From Minisyncoccota bacterium (GTDB lineage: Bacteria; Patescibacteriota; Minisyncoccia; Phycocordibacterales; SBAW01): 64,000 nucleotides of DNA. Positions 62,998 to 64,000 of this stretch are shown here, one piece after another. Each line of letters starts with the position of its first letter. Position 1 is the stretch's first letter. The notes beneath the pieces were generated by a model. The model saw nothing but the letters and a program-made list of their open reading frames with translations. It was not told where the DNA came from and searched no databases. Made by a program: the position numbers and the translations under genes. The stretch spans positions 1 to 64,000 of the forward strand of contig DASZWM010000005.1 of assembly GCA_035546615.1 (NCBI GenBank), in the 5' to 3' direction.

Positions 62998-63549
62998 ATG
63001 GCAAAACAAGATGCAAGCGTCGGAAGGGCATGGTACGCGATACACACGTACGCGGGCTACGAGAACGCGGTCGCGCGCAACCTGCGCCAGCGCATCGAGA
63101 GCCTCGGCCTCACCGATAAGATATTCCAGGTGGTCGTGCCGACCGAGCGCACGGTAAAGATAAAGGGCGGCAAGCGCGTGGAGGAAGAGGAGAAGGTGTA
63201 TCCGGGCTACGTGCTCGTCGAGATGACCGTGGACGACCAGTCATGGTACGTGGTGCGCAATACGCCCCGCGTGACCGGCTTCGTGGGCTCCGGCGTCAAT
63301 CCGGTCCCGCTCCAGCAGAAGGAAGTGGACGAGCTCTTGGGCCGCATGCAGGCGACCGAAGGCTCCATCAAGCACGCCATCGACCTTTCGGTGGGCGACT
63401 CGGTCGTCATCGTGGACGGTCCGTTCAAAGAGCTCGACGGCAAGGTGGGCGAGGTGGACGAGGCCCGCGGCAAGGTGAAGGTTCTCGTGCCGATGTTCGG
63501 CCGCGAGACGCCGGTGGAACTCGACTTCCTTCAAATTAAGCGTATATAG
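62998..63549 (+). CDS. nusG: Transcription termination/antitermination factor NusG.
   Basis: NGN domain WYAIHTYAGYENAV… and C-terminal KOW motif (GDSVVIVDGPFKELDGKVGEVD). 183 aa. Confidence 0.9.
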   Translation: MAKQDASVGRAWYAIHTYAGYENAVARNLRQRIESLGLTDKIFQVVVPTERTVKIKGGKRVEEEEKVYPGYVLVEMTVDDQSWYVVRNTPRVTGFVGSGVNPVPLQQKEVDELLGRMQATEGSIKHAIDLSVGDSVVIVDGPFKELDGKVGEVDEARGKVKVLVPMFGRETPVELDFLQIKRI

Positions 63550-63589
63550 CCAAAAACAATAAACTAAGGTATTCTCTTAATCTCGATAT

Positions 63590-64000
63590 ATGGCAAAGAA
63601 AATCGTTAAAAAGATAAAGATCATCGCGAACGGCGGCGCCGCGGCGATGACCCCTGCCATGGGCCAGGTGCTCGGCCCGGCCGGCATCAACATCGGCGAA
63701 TTCATCAAGAAGTTCAACGACGCATCCAAGGAGATGCGCGGCGACATGGTACCGGCAGAGATCTCCGTCTACGAGGACCGCTCATACGATTTCATCCTCA
63801 AAACCCCGCCGGTATCGAGCCTCATCCTTAAGGCCCTCGGCAAGGAGAAGGGGAGCGGCAAGCCCAATACCCAGAAGGTAGGCGCGCTCACGAAGGCCCA
63901 GGTAAAGGAAATCGCAGAGAAGAAGATGCCCGACCTCAATGCCCACGACCTCGACCAGGCAATGAAGACCGTCGCCGGCTCCGCCCGGAGCATGGGCGTT
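63590..64000 (+). CDS. rplK: 50S ribosomal protein L11, 3'-partial (runs off the window end).
   Basis: Manual translation MAKKIVKKIKIIANGGAAAMTPAMGQVLGPAGINIGEFIKKFND… is the canonical L11 N-terminus. The frame is open to position 64000. Confidence 0.85.
   Translation, partial: MAKKIVKKIKIIANGGAAAMTPAMGQVLGPAGINIGEFIKKFNDASKEMRGDMVPAEISVYEDRSYDFILKTPPVSSLILKALGKEKGSGKPNTQKVGALTKAQVKEIAEKKMPDLNAHDLDQAMKTVAGSARSMGV

Noticed and set aside
1-64000. CRISPR arrays, rRNA genes, transposase or integrase genes.
   Set aside because: No spaced direct-repeat arrays, no rRNA-like sequence and no recognisable transposase or integrase ORF were found. Mobile-element evidence is limited to low-GC cargo genes, the HNH endonuclease, the tRNA-fragment repeats and the MITE-like inverted repeat.

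Overview
High-GC (about 60%) bacterial chromosome segment with short overlapping genes, very short intergenic regions and many N-terminally anchored hypothetical proteins. The gene content looks like a small-genome, CPR/Patescibacteria-like organism, but this is an inference from gene content only.

The core of the window is the chromosomal origin region. Reading across it: rpmH–rnpA–yidC–khpB on the minus strand, then dnaA, a candidate oriC and dnaN. This is followed by a class A PBP, tyrS, a ruvC–yebC / ruvB / ruvA set, pilB/gspE-like ATPase, tsaE, polA, rpsT, zwf, mscL and secE–nusG–rplK.

There are nine tRNA genes in the window: Lys-TTT, Arg-CCG, Arg-GCG, Ser-TGA, Arg-TCT, Val-TAC, Leu-GAG and His-GTG (the first Arg is counted once, the two Arg-CCG/GCG are distinct), plus the truncated tRNA 3'-end copies noted below.

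Two accessory regions stand out.

1. 7350–18771: nine co-directional, overlapping genes forming a minimal type IV secretion-like cluster. It contains a VirB6/TrbL-like polytopic protein, a VirB3/PrgI-like 2-TM protein, a VirB4 ATPase split into two ORFs, a pilin-like protein and five uncharacterised envelope proteins. No coupling protein or relaxase is present in the window.

2. 41889–49697: an island bounded by two inverted tRNA-Arg genes. It carries two paralogous Cys-rich secreted proteins, one of them 1278 aa with two internally duplicated glycine-rich modules. An apolipoprotein N-acyltransferase-like gene lies between them on the opposite strand. Duplicated copies of the tRNA 3' end sit upstream of each paralog.

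Several low-GC (about 40–45%) insertions sit in otherwise conserved loci:
- a cytoplasmic trypsin-like serine protease directly after dnaN;
- a Fic (AMPylase-type) gene with its own promoter between yebC and ruvB;
- an HNH endonuclease plus a 5'-truncated gene remnant next to tRNA-Ser;
- two small kinase-fold-like ORFs, each starting 4–5 nt after a tRNA gene.

Other notable sequence features: a 16-bp terminal inverted repeat pair flanking a 120-nt structured spacer (MITE-like or ncRNA), and a long leader with a strong promoter upstream of a TerC-family gene. Two small unannotated ORFs were found (a 141-aa secreted protein convergent with ksgA, and a 55-aa highly acidic protein). A 15-mer is conserved at identical spacing upstream of two tRNA genes. 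A tandem 21-nt repeat encodes DEIQEDV heptads.

No rRNA genes and no CRISPR arrays were seen.
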